Of a DNA stretch of 64,000 nt, positions 12,818-28,094 are shown in pieces. Source of the DNA: Tubiluchus corallicola (taxonomy: Eukaryota > Animalia > Priapulida); contig JAQGDQ010000385.1 in assembly GCA_030141605.1 (NCBI GenBank), positions 62,001-126,000 of the forward strand, given 5' to 3'. The position numbers and the translations under genes are program-made. A model generated the notes under the pieces. The model had not been told where the DNA came from. It saw only the letters and a list, made by a program, of their open reading frames with translations, and made no database searches. How positions within the stretch are numbered: position 1 is the first letter of the stretch; each line of letters starts with the position of its first letter.

Positions 12818-15800
12818 GTGAGTACGTTATATAATGCTGAGTTACAATTTTAGATACATTCCGTTTACCCGCCTTTCCGCTGTAACGGGTCCTACTGTCA
12901 AGTTAAATTATCACCGGTGAAACATATCTGGTGAATTTAACCCTTTCTTATTCAACATTCGTGCCTCTGGGCATTAGAGCAACCGGGAATCGGGCACTGT
13001 TGCTCTGCCCTGTTTTGCTTCTGTTGTATTTGAAGCCGCCATGCGCGTTGGTGTTTAAGTTTAATGTTTCCCAATCTGGAACCAGCAATTATAGTGCTTA
13101 TAGTTGTAAAACAATTTTATGGAAGCTGGGATGCCTTTAAATTTTCAAATTCTTGCGTGACGGTAACATACAGTACCACAAAATGGTGTAAATATCATGT
13201 GTACGAGACTTTCATTCGTGTACCGGCGATTTTTTTTATTACTTGTAGTCAGATCAATTGAACAAAATCCGTGTTTCTTGACTGGTTTGTACTACTTTAA
13301 GCCAAATTACTATTAAAATATTACACAAGAGCTCAGCTCAGCTCGATAAAATATCAAAATCAAACAATTTATCCGACAAGACTCTTGAAGCTTTTATCTG
13401 ACTGAGCGGTTTTCTTTTCATTGCCTTCATCTTCAATAAGACCTCTCACTTATCTGATTTGATCAAGGAAATCGTGTGTGTGCCCCGGAGGCACATTCAT
13501 ACTAAGCTGATATAATAACGAGGCATATTACTGATATTGCTTGCATAGTCTTCCCAGTAGGCAAACGTCTGGTATTCTTCACAGGTGTATTTAGTAGTGG
13601 ACATGGCTATATCTATAACTCTCTCATTGCCGGCTATTGCTCTAAACACAGGCTAATATAGGTCGAGTATTCATGCGCTTTATCATAATTGTATACTAAG
13701 CAAATATTGGGCATTGTGATGTAGAAGCAGTGTGGACTAAAGATTCTCTTATCATCTCTCCCCTTTCGCAGCTCTATTATCAGACGGAAGAGCGCCTATA
13801 TTCGCTGCAGCCAATCTTATGCTATCAAAACTTAAGTACGCATATATATGCACACGGGCCGAGAGGATTTGACCCGGATGACCGTTCGATAATCTTGCAA
13901 TTATAGAAGCCATCCTAAGAAGCCAATTATAAAGTGAACGAAACACAAAGCTAATAGAGCATATGACAGCACGCTGGCTAGTATAATTATACATGTGCCT
14001 ACGTAGCAGAATAGGTAATGTAACGGCTCAAGCATGATTAGTTTTGTGATATTCATATGACACTATATCCCTCCAAATTTGCTGGGGCTATTAACTTGTG
14101 CATTCGGTTACAGTGGCAGGAATGTGCAGTAATTAGTGGGCTTTATTTGATTAATGTACGAGCTGCAGCGAAGAGAGAAGGATATATGCCCTTTCTGCCT
14201 GGTCACACTGTTATGACATAATTATACTGGTCACTCTCTGCATGTGTGGCAGCCATGTCTGAAAGGGCAAGCAGTAATTTCCGGCAAATATCGAAATGTT
14301 GTTGCAATAATTAGGAAGAAAATTACAGAATTCCAACTACATAGCTGTGTATTAACTATAATGGCTAAGCAGACTGGAGTCAATGCAACAAGCTGTTGTG
14401 TAATATTAGATAAGCCAACGTAAAATAATAAGCCAAGTGAACGTTTAGCATTCAGCTTAACCCCTTCAAATTACAGTCAGCGCCAAATTGTTTGGCAGAA
14501 CGCTGTTATTTTTCCATTTTATTTATGAGTTTCTATCCACTCTCCAACGCTCCAGTAGCAGAGAGAAGATAGCGAATAATATTCATAATTCGCTGTTGTT
14601 TTATTTTGCAAATTTTCGAAATATCGGTAGAAAATTTTTATTATAATTTAATGACTTTGATGTAAACTTATATATTATTGTGCATGGCTTCATGTCGTTT
14701 AGAGTTTATCTGAATAGAAAAAATGCTTGATGAATTTTCGGCTGGTTAAGTTATTAAAAATGGGCTTAACAAAAATAGTAAATGAAAATGAAATAATTAA
14801 ATGTGATATTTTTAATTTATTTCACTATTTTTAGTTATTAATTTTTAAAAAAAAATTAAAAATAATATTTCACTTTTATAGAAAATTAATCACAACAAGT
14901 ATAACGTGTCATCTTAAATGTTATAAAATTAAAATTATAAATATTTAAAAATGAATATAAAATCGTGTTAATATAATAAAAAGGATGACAACTTCTATAC
15001 GAAATACCGACATCATTGCTCCGTTTTGATTTACACACTTTCCTTTCCCAAAATTTTTATTGCTGTGAAATTCAAAACAACTTTTGTGCCTGTGCTTATT
15101 ACTTTTACCAGAAATTTTCGCGCGCTTAAAAACTCTGTACATTGTAAAATAGGACCCTATTTAAACTGTACAAATACTTTTGATTGCATTAATGTATCTC
15201 TCTACATATACATCAGGGTTTTATGCTACTGTACCAAGAGTAACTTGCAGTTCTGAGTTGTTAAGAACTGTATGTAGAATGATAGGTGATGAAGTGCTTT
15301 GCCAATGGCAGAAAAATTCTTTTTGCAGACAACTGTATGCTCATTACCACTTTTACTATATTTAGTCTAAATATATCTGCATTATGAATAGAGTTAGCTC
15401 AGAGTCTGTTGTTCAAGTTCGCTTATGACGCATGAATAGATATATAACAAGTAGAACAATCTTATGGCGGCTCTAAAAACTCAGATAATTGAGACGACAT
15501 AGTTAAATTAAGGACAGCAATTTTTGTCTATAAGGTTGATTTATAATAATACCCCAGAGAAAATATTTCCAATGGTTAATTTATTTTTTATTCGCGTAAT
15601 GGTCTTTAAAAAGGCAAAAGTAAAATCATTATGGGTGACCTGTAATAAATCTGGATGGATCTGCCCCCAGTTCTTGCGTAATTACCTATGCAAGTTGGCT
15701 TATTGTCATTCTCACGTTGTATAATCCAGTTCTCCAAGTGTAAGTCTTATAATTGCTAGTACAATAGATCCTATCTCATTATAGCCCTTTTGGTAGATGG

Positions 15801-16869
15801 AGGTAAACCTGACAACTAAATTCACTTTTCACCACAGATCCATTTTCTAATCAAATTTCGATAGTTCTTATTTAAAATAAAAAATAATAATAAGAGTTGC
15901 TTAGAAGTATTTATGGTACCAAAATTCGTTCGAGTGAACTTGGTTGCAGCAAAACCCAAAAAATAGTTCCTACGCTCATATTTAAAGTTATTGTTTCTTT
16001 TGTGGAATTTGTGAAAATCATAATTTTTACTGTACGACGCCATTTCTGGCCATTTGTTGCATATTTAGTGTGTATAGAGTGGTGCCATGGATGCGACAAG
16101 TTGTCCTGCCCGAGGCACTGCATACATGTACACCTAAAACATCTAAAAAGCTTAAAATGGAAATATATCTTCAGCCATTTGGCATCCAAGATCCGTGCAT
16201 TCATAACGTTTTAGTTATCCACTTGGAAAAAACGAGTTTTGAACAGTATAACATGTTCTATACATAAGTATCACAAGTTCAATATCTTAAACTTTCTCAC
16301 ATCTTTATGAGAATATAATAAGAACTTTTTATGTTTATTTAACTTTTAGGTGTCAGACCAAACATGCACTTGTGAATTAAAGTTTTTTTATTAAAATGAT
16401 TTGCATGCAGTTAAAACTAACATTGCACACACATGCATACTTACACGAGGCATGCTAAGAAACTGATGATAATTTTGAAACCGATTTGCAATAATTAATA
16501 TGGTGTCAAATAAATTAAATAAAATTTGCATGACATTTAGACGATATTGTCAATAATAAATTTGATTTTATAACGCTGACCAAAAATTAATATTTTTCTT
16601 GGGTCCACTTGGCGTCATTGTGTTGTGGCCGATTCATAAGCTTCTTTTCTGGCGATTCAGTCTCTGAATGCATTTGCTAAATCTACATATATGCATGGAA
16701 GTATTTATTGACTATTTACTGTAAATATTCCAACTTGAGATTATCTCTCTCTGTTTCCTACGCACTCGTGATGCAAGACATGATTAGGGCCAATGGTAAT
16801 TACAGGCTCCCTGAAATTATTTATGTACAGAGTATTGGCTTAGCTCGCCTGCATGCGTGCTTGCATATG

Positions 16870-16873
<4 letters not shown>

Positions 16874-16904
<31 letters not shown>
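16874..16904. repeat. (TA)n microsatellite
   Basis: Direct reading. Confidence 0.9.
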
Positions 16905-16910
<6 letters not shown>

Positions 16911-19565
16911 TTACATTTGACAAGTATGGCTGATAAGTTCTGACCTAATACTGTAGTTAACTAACTTTATGAATTAGTTAAGAAAGGTGCATGCAAATTA
17001 ACCTAGTTCTGTATTGTATTAATGTTCTTAAACAAAACTAGGTTGCTACTGATTACGTAATAACAGGTAATGACTAGTGATATATAGGTAATGTATGTAA
17101 AGCAAGATAAACAAAAATTTAAATTCTTATTGGCGCTAATTATTGCTAATACAATATCCTACAATATCCAGGAAACAGTAGAACATGTAAAAATGTTACG
17201 ACAAATTTTAAAAATATTATTAATAATTTTAATTTTGTTTAAATCATGACTTAATCACTTTCCATAAAAGAAATTGAACATATTTTGTAATATAACCGAA
17301 TTTCGGTTACCATTATTATATAATATTATAATACGTAATATATATTATAATAATGATAATAATAGTAATAATAAAATAATATTAGTAATAATAATTTATG
17401 ATATTTGCTTTAAAAGCTAACCTTGTTACTCCTGCTGTAAATGATAAATTTTGCAGCACAAAATTTTGAAGGCGTGTTAAACTTATGATAGTTTAATTTG
17501 ATTTTGTGCAAAGTAATATAATAGACAGAATTATTAATATAATTCATAGTGGTTGGGCATGCGTGCATGATGTTATACTAATACGAAATTAATTTATGCT
17601 AAGTTTACGTACAAAATTACTTATGATACATAATGTTAGTATGTGCATTTGTTACAGTGCGATCACGCCCAAAGTGATGCTCGTTATTTTAAAAAAGAGA
17701 AACTTTTTAAAACGAATGTACAGGATTTTCGTCAAAATAAAAAAAAATTTATAGTAATTTTTGTGATTTACAGAGCTTTAATAATATCACAAAATCTTAT
17801 CTCTCATTATACAATAATTAGTAAAAGATTTCAAAATTTTAATTCTAATTTTATCTGTAATCAGGCTTTTTCCCGTGTTGTAGAGCTAGATCAATATTAT
17901 TTTAAATTTTCATTTTGACTCGTTTTACTTTTTGTGGCTTTTTGTGGAACTATTTTAAAACAAAAAAATAGGCTTGTAGTTGGCATCATGTTATTCATAT
18001 TATCGTGATTTTTTTTGGTCATTGATTTGATTGGACTTGTCGATTTTTTATTTGTATTCACTTTGAATAAGAGCTTACTTTTATGTGAGCTGTCAATCCA
18101 CGTCAGTAAATGCCACACCCAATTATAACAGTAGCTGATGGAAATTAGCCGATCGAAATTAGTGGTGTACTGGCATAATGATGTCCATTTGATTGAATGT
18201 CACGTCTTGAGGAGCTGAGAAGGATATATGTAGTCAGTTGCTTTGTCAAGTGACCTACTATTCGTATATTTCACGGTTTGCTTAGAACCTTGTTTCGGAG
18301 CCTATTAAATAGGATTGTAGTGTCAGATCACAGATACAAATATTGAAATATTTGTCTTCGATGACAGCAGTGTCCATGGAGACCTACACAAGCCCAACGT
18401 GCAGAATGACAATATCACAGTCGCTAAGACATGTCTATGCCAAGGCATCACTCCACAAATTACATTTGTATCATATTTTGTTGTTGGTTCTACGGTGCCC
18501 ATATTTAGTCATTTACTAGGTGACCATGGGTAGCCCTTTTGTCAGTAAGTACAACAGGGCCTTCTCCTCATCTTATAAAATTCTCGGTACACTTTCAGCA
18601 GGAAGCCATTGTGGACTTGACCTTTTGTGACGTTTACACTGTTTTTCCTTTAGGGTAGCTCATACGAAGCCTGAATCGTACATGATTCCGCCCGCGAACA
18701 AAACGACACGAACACGATTCGCTATGTCATAGATGTCAAAATTTAGGTGTGTTATGCCTTTGTAAAGTAATAAGCACAGACGTGTTATTTATTGCTGCCT
18801 ATTACTGTCGTTTGGCTAAAAATTGTCTAAGTAAATGATGAAATGCACCAGTCGGATGAGCCGCTGCATACACAGCTGGTGCCTATAGGGATAAATGCAT
18901 GACATTCAAAACAACGTATGATGTTCATGATGTATGACCCTAGTAGAGAAATGCTTTTGTCGCTTACAAAACTGTCGATTTCCTTCTAAAGCTACTTCCT
19001 CTCCCGAGGCATTTTTCTCCGCTTAAAAACTATTTTGAAAGTTCACTGATATCGGCGAAACGAACTACTATCTGTCAGGTACTTAATATTAAAGAATGCA
19101 AGTGAAATTCGTCATTTTGCCAACATCTCGCTGTTTTGTCACTTGCCTCATTTGCATAATTATGCTGCACGTTGAACTATGGCTACTTGGTCGGCTAACA
19201 AAGACGTAATTTGTGGTGCGTGGATTCTCAATTTGTTTAGAATTTTGAGTGAATTTTTAATCTCTACTAGAGGTAGAACGACGAAGAATGCACTGTCGTC
19301 CACTTCCACGCCTTTTCCATACTTGATAAATATTTCTATTTTTTCCTAACTTTTTTTATTTGTGAGACATTTTCCATTTTTCTTTTTTCCAGTTCTTCTC
19401 GTGATAATGACGTCATCGTCATTACGATCATCACCATTGCCCTTCATCATAATATAACAATATTTATTGTCTTTATAATCCTCACCATCATCTTTATCGT
19501 TGTGCCGGTATTAATCATAGTCGATTCACGCGTATCATGGTAACTCATCTTTAAATAGATTACGT

Positions 19566-19882
19566 CAGTGGTTCCCAAAGTAGGGGTAAATTACCCCCCG
19601 GGGGTAATATGGTTTTTTTGGGGGGTAACAGGCACCCCTCTGAAAAATTTTAAAACTTCACTCGGAATGCATTTTACGTAGTTTTCTTCTTGAAGAGACT
19701 GCCTACAACAACAATACCTGGAAATTTATTTATGTCACGAGCAAACATAAATAATTTTGCTTGCTTGTGGCATATACGTGTGTTTACTTTTTGAGTTGGA
19801 GAAGTAGTACTAGGTGGGGGGTAATGGACACGACCGGGTTTCCCGATTTGGGTAACGGTCCGAGAAAGTTTGGGAACCACTG
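19566..19882. mobile_element. hAT (Charlie/Buster-type) MITE, 317 bp
   Basis: 14-bp perfect TIRs CAGTGGTTCCCAAA / TTTGGGAACCACTG. Perfect 8-bp TSD GATTACGT (19558-19565, 19883-19890) with central TA. Repeated subterminal GGGGTAA motifs. Non-coding. Confidence 0.95.
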
Positions 19883-21834
19883 GATTACGTTATCGGTGCA
19901 TTTTAAAAATCCTTCGGACGTAGTATACCATTATCAACAAATATGAAGTAAGCCTCATTCTGAACCAATAACAAAAAAGGAAACATACCTACCAAAAGTT
20001 TTGTATACTTTTTTCTGGTTTAAATTAAAATAATATACTATTTTAGGTGCTTCGCTGTCAGATTGTAAATAACTGCCAGACTGGATGTAATGCGCGTGCA
20101 AGGTTTGATTAGAATAATTAAGAAAAGAAGAGGAAAAAGATGGTTCATAAGTATTCACCGACACAGCTGCTCGCCGACACGATGTGATCAAACATCGAGG
20201 ATCGCCCGGTGTAAAGTTTACCGTGTTCGTCGCTCGTTTGACCCTGGGGCATTTTAACAAAAAAGAGTGTTGGACAAGAATACCTGAACCATAACTTCCG
20301 AATGGTTAACCCAGAAACCACATCGACTGTATTGCACCGCTTATCCCTGAAATAAACCGGGTGAGATAAACTGTTAATGCATGTATCCAGCGAAAGAAAA
20401 ACAGACTGTACCAGCGACCCACCGCGCTAAGTTGCTGAAAGCATTTGATGTATCACTTGCTGCTTGCTTCCACATTTAGCCGCTCTAAAACTTCACAGTC
20501 TAATGTTTCGTTATGCGTGAATGATGGTAAATTCACTTATGAAAATCTGTTTAATTTTCTTGCTTGGGAAAACAAATATTCAGCTTTGCCCTGTGAAAGG
20601 TTATCCCAGCGTGGCTTCTGCGTTTGAAGTTTCAAGCTGGTCTTAGATACTGATGCTGGCGCTTTCTATGCAATACATAGTCATTATCATCAGTATAATT
20701 TGAAATATGTAATCCTGCTATTATTAATTTTTTTACGTTTCGGTTCCATAGCAAAGTTTCGAAAAGGGAACACTGTCGCGTATTCACTAGAAATCCCACA
20801 ATAATACCTCACCTCACTGTAATCCAAATTAGAAAGAAGCTGCACAATTCAATCAATTCCGATGTATTTTTTACAGAAATATTCATTGTAGTGTGTTACA
20901 GTGATGCTTACAAGGTACAATTGTCGTCGTGGGCGTATAGACATCCAAACAAATCAGGTAATTAAGTCCTAAAGAAATCACTTGTACCAGAAAAACCACT
21001 GCAAAAAAGCTACCGATCATCATCAAGTACCATACTCCATCGTGCAGGGTTTCTGGGCTTAACTGGACTTTCGCATGGCGCGTCAACAGTAAAGATTTCC
21101 GATATAATACAGGGACACAAACATCGGCAGCGTACTCCAAATCTGAATAGCAGACCCTTGCTTGTAATCTTATAGCTCAAATCAACATGGTAAATAAGCA
21201 AAAAGATATAAGCTGTACACATTTACTTATAAAATTAACTCTTCAAGTGCATCATGTTAGGTTCTTGAATTCAACAGTACAACTTCTAGCACTGTGTCAT
21301 ACTCAACACCAACTGAAAAGTGGTAAGTTAAAATCTGTAATTTAAAGAGTATTTTAAATTTTGCAGCGTATTCATTACTGCTTACATATTCAGCCTTCTA
21401 AAAGAGCAGCTGAGTTATGACGTGTTGAAGCTCAAGTCCCGAAACTCGATGGAGCACGTTCGCTGGCCTTTACTACTTGCATTTTTAAGTCAGGGTGACG
21501 TGGTGTAATCAGCGTCACATTCAATTAATATATCCAATTAAGCCAAGAAACTTTGGGGCGCATGGTAAGTGCTGATGACTATTATTCTATTCACACAGAG
21601 AAGTCTTATGATAAGATTTGAAAACTGACAATAATAGAGTTGATGTTGGCAGCTAGTGCAGTAGTTACCTGTTTTGTTGAGCGTTTATTCTCCCGTGAAT
21701 TGCTAAAATTGAGTTTTCCCCTTACCAGTCCATTACAGAAGTTGCACATAGTGCAGTTGTAGTCGTAAATGTACATTATATACCATGTGTACCATCAAAC
21801 ACTGTGCTAACTACATAACTACATAAGCGTTCTT

Positions 21835-21912
21835 TTCTAAATTTCTCTACAACAAGCTTGTAGCAACTGTCATTTCTAAATTTCTCTACAACAAGCTTGT
21901 AGCAACTGTCAT
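21835..21912. repeat. 39-bp perfect tandem duplication
   Basis: TTCTAAATTTCTCTACAACAAGCTTGTAGCAACTGTCAT x2. Confidence 0.95.
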
Positions 21913-24900
21913 TCTGGTAATTTGTGGCCTTGCCAAATATAATGACTGATTTACTCCACTAGCTCTCTTCAATCTGAAACTTCATAAATATTTTAATTAA
22001 TTTACTTTTATATGACCATAAATAATTTAATTAGTTTGATAAGTTAATTAATAAAACATGTCACCATCTCTTACGAGATTAAAATCTGTATGCAGCTTCC
22101 CAGCATAACCGACTCGCCATAAAACATAATCACAAGAGCGATGTATTATCTTTTAAACAGTGAATGAGTACTAAGATTAACTGTTCTATTAAGCTCTACT
22201 TTCATCAAGCTTCATTAATATGTTATGGAAATGTGATCATTTATCACGAGGCTAAGTTTTAATTAACACTGATGGCTATAGCTTGTACTGGGTGTATTCG
22301 TAAATAACTGATTTTAATATCAATAGACCCCATCCGAGGGCTACGACTTTAGCGCCCGAGTTTATACACTGACAGCGTCTCATTGTGCGCTTTTCAATGC
22401 AAGCCAAATGCCACTTTTGCTTGAATTCTAGTTAAGCCTTCCGTTATTAAGAAAAACCTCGTGATCTTTGAGTATTACGCGATTCAGTTTGGCAGATGAC
22501 TATGAACACTGTTCAACCATTTCAACAGCTCTTTGAGAGTTTAGTTGAAACTCGGCAACAATACCATATGAAATTGGAAACTGACCCGAGACAAGTATAC
22601 GCGCGAATGGTAGATTCTTCTACTGAACGTCGACTTTAACGCTGATGGAAGACTCATGTTCACTACAGTGGCGTTTTTATATGTCCAGCAGGTGGCGCAC
22701 GTGTAATCTCTGATAAAATTAATTTAATTATCTGATAAATGAAAACCGGGAGTCTTGCGGCTATGGAAATTATACGTTTCGTATCGCAAATCGCGCGTGA
22801 TGTTATTATAATTCGATATAATATCCCAGCTATATTCGCCTACGGATTTTCATATTTGCGCAATTGGGCCTATAGCCCTTTCGAGGTGCGCATGCGCAAT
22901 GGTGATTTCCTATGAAACAATTTATAGGCCTGAATATTTGAACAGCACCATCAGCTTGTTTTAATTACCAAAAACCTTAATTAACACAAAAAAGCATTAA
23001 ATTATAGAACGATTGTAATTAAGTTATGAAGCTAATCACTGAAGATGCATAACGACTGCCATCCGTAAGCATAAAATGTTTCATGAAATAATTAGGAAAT
23101 GCAGAAATGAGGATGAGTTGTCTAAGAACACATAGTCACTACGTGATTTCACTTTGAACAGAAGTCCGAGTTGCCCATTTCAAATTCTGAATTTAACTGA
23201 GTGTCTTCGTCTAGTAATTTTCTTTCTTATTCCCCTTTTACGGATAACATATCAAAAATGCGCTAACTGTATTATGCTTCCGCTTTCTTCAGCGCTGCTT
23301 CAATATGGAATTCTTTGGCACTACCACGTGCCCCACTGTTTGTGATTTCAATCAGATGAAATGAATGTCACTTGGCGGTCACCTGCCTTTCACCAAGTAT
23401 GCACAGAGAAGGTACTACTTTGTCTGAAGATTTTTTTGTAAAAAATTAATTTTATTGCTGCATCCGAACTAATTACACTCCTAGTGCAAGTGTTGTTTGA
23501 GTTCAGCAACGAGTTATAAGCTGAGTAATAGTTTTGTCAGATTGAACGTTTTATGACAAGAACGTTTTTGGTTATGTACATGTATTATGTAAAATGCTAA
23601 CAGTGGCTGAATGTTTGTGGCTCAATGTCCAATATTTGTTGGATAATATAAATTATGTGACACTTTATCTGCCGTGATTCAGCCTGAATTTACTGTGGGA
23701 TCTTTGGATGTGGTTCCACTCCATTTGATCACTGTAAATAACTATAGTCATTACCTTTTTTGAAACCAGTTATGCGGAGGTTTCTGAGTGAATTACTGGG
23801 TTCAGTTCCGTGTTTAGCCGAGCTTATAATTAGCTTGATGCATTCAGAACCAACTGTTCTCAGAATACGCGCAAAGCATCGTTAAGTTGTATTTTTTAAT
23901 TGAGTTTGATCTGTTAAATTAAAAAGACAAACGTAAAAGAACTTCGCAAACGAGAATCTAGCGAATCTTGCTTATTTGTCATTAGGACGTCCGCTTGCTA
24001 ATTTATTCTAATGAGAAAAGAAATTGGATAAAACAATCTGCATCGAGGAACAGTGTTTGCGCCCATCGATGTAACGATTGTTGATTCATCAGGTTCTCTA
24101 GTTTTAAGAACTTGAGAACTTAAATTTTTGCCTGTAGCTTATGGTCAAGATTCGTATATTGCTGATAAAATATACAGTACAGAAACGGAGAGAGTTGACC
24201 AGCTCTAATTTTAATCTTTACCAGGAGGTTCAGTGATTATAAGCTGTTTCCCATGAACTGAGACTGCCAATGTTTGTTCGCAGGGATAGAGTTAACTATA
24301 GAACCATTCATCTCCTTGTATTTACAATTTTAATAATGGCCCTTTCTCACGGACAGGCAAAGATGGCCAGTAATTTCACGTTGGTCAAGCGCTTTCGCTT
24401 AAATAACTAAAATCAATGCAAGGTAAAATCTTTATAATCTGTGTATATGGTCAGCGAGACAAAAGTATTGTTATGCTTCGTGCCGAGGTGACAGTGGCTT
24501 AGTTGATCCGGCAGGCAAATATGCTTAGAAACATTCCAAAACTGGACTGTCCAGTTTCTCAATGCGTACTCATGCTGGTCAGTGAAGAGCGATCTATAAC
24601 CAAGAAACTGCTTTTCAACGCATTCACGTAGCACAATGCATATAATAAAAGATTTTCATATAATGCTATTTGTAAATGGGCAGTTTGTTCTTATCGCTTG
24701 AGTATCTGACCTGTCTGCCCGCATTGTTCCCAGATTATCAACTGGGAATTATTCACAAGTTAGATCTTCCGTTTCAGTTGACTTGCGCTTTGAAAAACAA
24801 TGTTTTATAGCATAAAGATGTTATCTGTGATGTGAACGCCGAGCACAACAGCACTTCTACGCAGGTCCGTAGGAGAATCTAAGATTCTTTAAAGCGATAT

Positions 24901-27577
24901 GATTTATCTCGTGACGACAATCATTAACTTTAAACTAAAATAAAGTTTGACTAGCGGGCATTATTTGACTGTTTCTCACCTTCTCGCTTGATCCGTGGTT
25001 CAGCCGCCAGCTATACAATAAGCCAACAGCTCGCGTTTAATGTTCATAAAGGTATCCAATATCACACAACGCTTGTAATAACAAATTATTACTCCTATAA
25101 TTTCGATATAATTCCCAAATGACGTCTGCTGTTTGGCGCATGGCCATATATTATTATGGCAAGCTATGAATTCTGTTTTATGCGTTTAAGTCCAACATGC
25201 CTCCGATATATGATGCCAGCGTTGCTGCTTTGTCTTTCGATTATGTTACACAATTATGTTTTTTATAAATGATTTACAGTCTAAATCAACTTATTGTGAA
25301 TCAATGATACATCGTATATCACTAACAAAGTTTCATATCTAATTATGCTTGTCAGCTGTAGCTGACCTAAAATCTGTTATTTTGAGTTTGAAAATTCTTC
25401 GGTGAAATTCATGTCCAGCACTGCTCTTGCAATGTAATCGATGCACCATAATTAGCATGAGATTGTCTAATCTAACAACTACGCAAATAAACTTTTTCAC
25501 ATTTTAATGTCCTCAGTGAAAAGAAATGCCTTGTTGTTAATATTGGCTATTTTGCACCTTCTCGCGTACCTTGTACAATAAAACCACCCTACCGAACGGA
25601 ATTGTTGTATTGCTAATGCACAAATCATGAAATCATGTAAAATAGTTTCTTTTACCACTGAATTGACGAGTATTTACTTTACAATAAATAATACAAATGT
25701 TCGCATGGTGAACAGACTTTTACTTCATTGTCTTCTATTAACGTACTTTCCTTCTAACCAACTTTAATTCCAAACTCTTGTAAATGTAGTACAACTGAGT
25801 CCACGAAAATAATCCGCGCCCTAAATTTAGCCCTTGGTTAACTCGATCCTGTCTAAGCCCTGCCGTATAAACAAACCTTAATTCAAGCTTCAATTGTAAC
25901 GAAAAATGTTGACATCCGCCTTGCCCCCGGTTAAAAAAATTCGCAATTTTTTATTTAAATTCATAACAATATTCGCCAAGTTTTAACCTATACGTGAATC
26001 AAGGCGTTGATTCGTTTGACAGATTATTGATACGCAAGACGACGGAGACCCGTGGCTTAACGACATCTAAATGAAATTATTTATTATTCAGCGCATGATG
26101 ACTTAATCAAGAGAGTAAACTGAGTAAGGAATATTTTAATAACCTGTAAGGATATCAAGCAGCGAATTAATAACCCCAAAAGCGTGCGTTAATGCGACCA
26201 GTCTTTATTATTGTAATAGAGTATTTAAAATCGACCATCAGCCCATTTGATGAGCCATTTAAAACATTTGCGAAACGAATTCAATCATTATTTATTATGC
26301 ATAAAATGAGCGAGGCTAGTTTGAAAAATCTTATATGGTTGAGTCATCTCCGGGAGGAGATAATATAGTATGCTGTTGACGATATAACTAGTGTGTTTTG
26401 CAATAATCCTTTGAATTGTGGTTATTTCCGAGTCGGCATTGGCGTTTTCTCGTGTAATTTGCAATGAGCCTGCCAATATAGCGGATTGCTTGTATCTCAT
26501 AAATAATATCAATAGGGTATAGTAAAAGCCATTGTTAAGCCTCACGAGTATTAAGCGGAGAAATGACTCGGCTGTCCCGAAAGGTTCTTCATAAAACGAA
26601 AATATGTGACAGGTATTATATTTGCTGTAGGTCGATTTGCTAAATTAAATTTGCCAGACATTCTGATTGAGTTCGACATTAAGCATATCAATTCGAATCG
26701 TTACATACATCAACGTCGTGTCTATTGATATTATAATTATAATATCATCTTGCTTAACGGCGTTACAACCTGTCATGCATGTTCTATTGGTAATAAATGC
26801 TTAGTCTATACGGTCGTTATTTGGCCAAATGGCATCTGCCGCTCTGCTTAATATGACATATCCTGCAAATGATATTTATAGCTGGGCTCGTGATATTGAT
26901 AGATAGGCCTAATACTTGATAATATTCAATTTGTCACTGGGACATAGAATGACAAGGCTTACTGGACGTCATTTGTATTCAGAAGTGATGGGTGTAAAAT
27001 GACCATGTTCATCTTATTGGGTTAGTTAGTATTCATGGCGTGCACAATGAGACAATGTACATGTATAGTGTAGTCGAGTATGATTCGTAGTAATGTGACC
27101 TTTCCAGACGTCCACATGACAAACCCAAGGATTATTGCTTATTAAATTTTAAGGAATGCAGCCACTGTCAGAAATGTGAGAGCTTAGTAAGGCTTAGCGC
27201 CATGTAACTGCGGCATTAATTGTTGCGTAATGACCCATTACTCTTGTGTTTATTACGCCAGAGAACCAATATACGGTATAATAGTTGTCAAAGATGTTTT
27301 TTACATTTCTGTCAAGAAGTCTCAACAGAAAAGTAATTAAAATGTGTCGCAAGTGGCGAGATCCAGGAAGCGCCATAGGCGAAAGGATGAGAAGGCCAGA
27401 AAGACCGTAACCACCACCACCGCCACCACTATTACCAATGTCATTGTCGTCATCACCATCAATATCATGAACATTACAAATTTTTTTGCATCAGGTGCAT
27501 ATATATATATGTACAACTAAATATTTTCAATTTGCATTAAAACTTACAATAGTTACATTATTTAAAAAGGAAACAAA

Positions 27578-27835
<258 letters not shown>

Positions 27836-28094
27836 GTAATTGGGGAAGACAGATAAAGATAGATGCATACAACAAAAAAGTTTTTTAGAAGAAGGGAAAG
27901 TGAACAAGAAACAAAGTTACATACGCATTTTATTTTTAGTTTCAAAATTCACTCGATGAATAACTACTAATATTGTAATTATAATTAATCTTAATTGAAA
28001 CTTATTAATTAATGGTACAATACTCACAATTTATTGAAATTCTGAAGCCAAATTTTGCAAGAAAGAGTAATGTAAAAAATCGTGATGATTTTGA

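Noticed and set aside
13541-13562. TTGCATAGTC matching the 5' end of miR-153, and a 16-mer shared with 5162-5177
   Set aside because: The rest of the mature sequence does not match and there is no complementary precursor arm; probably coincidence.
22860-22935. pre-miRNA hairpin from GGCCTATA/TATAGGCC
   Set aside because: The interior does not pair into a continuous stem.
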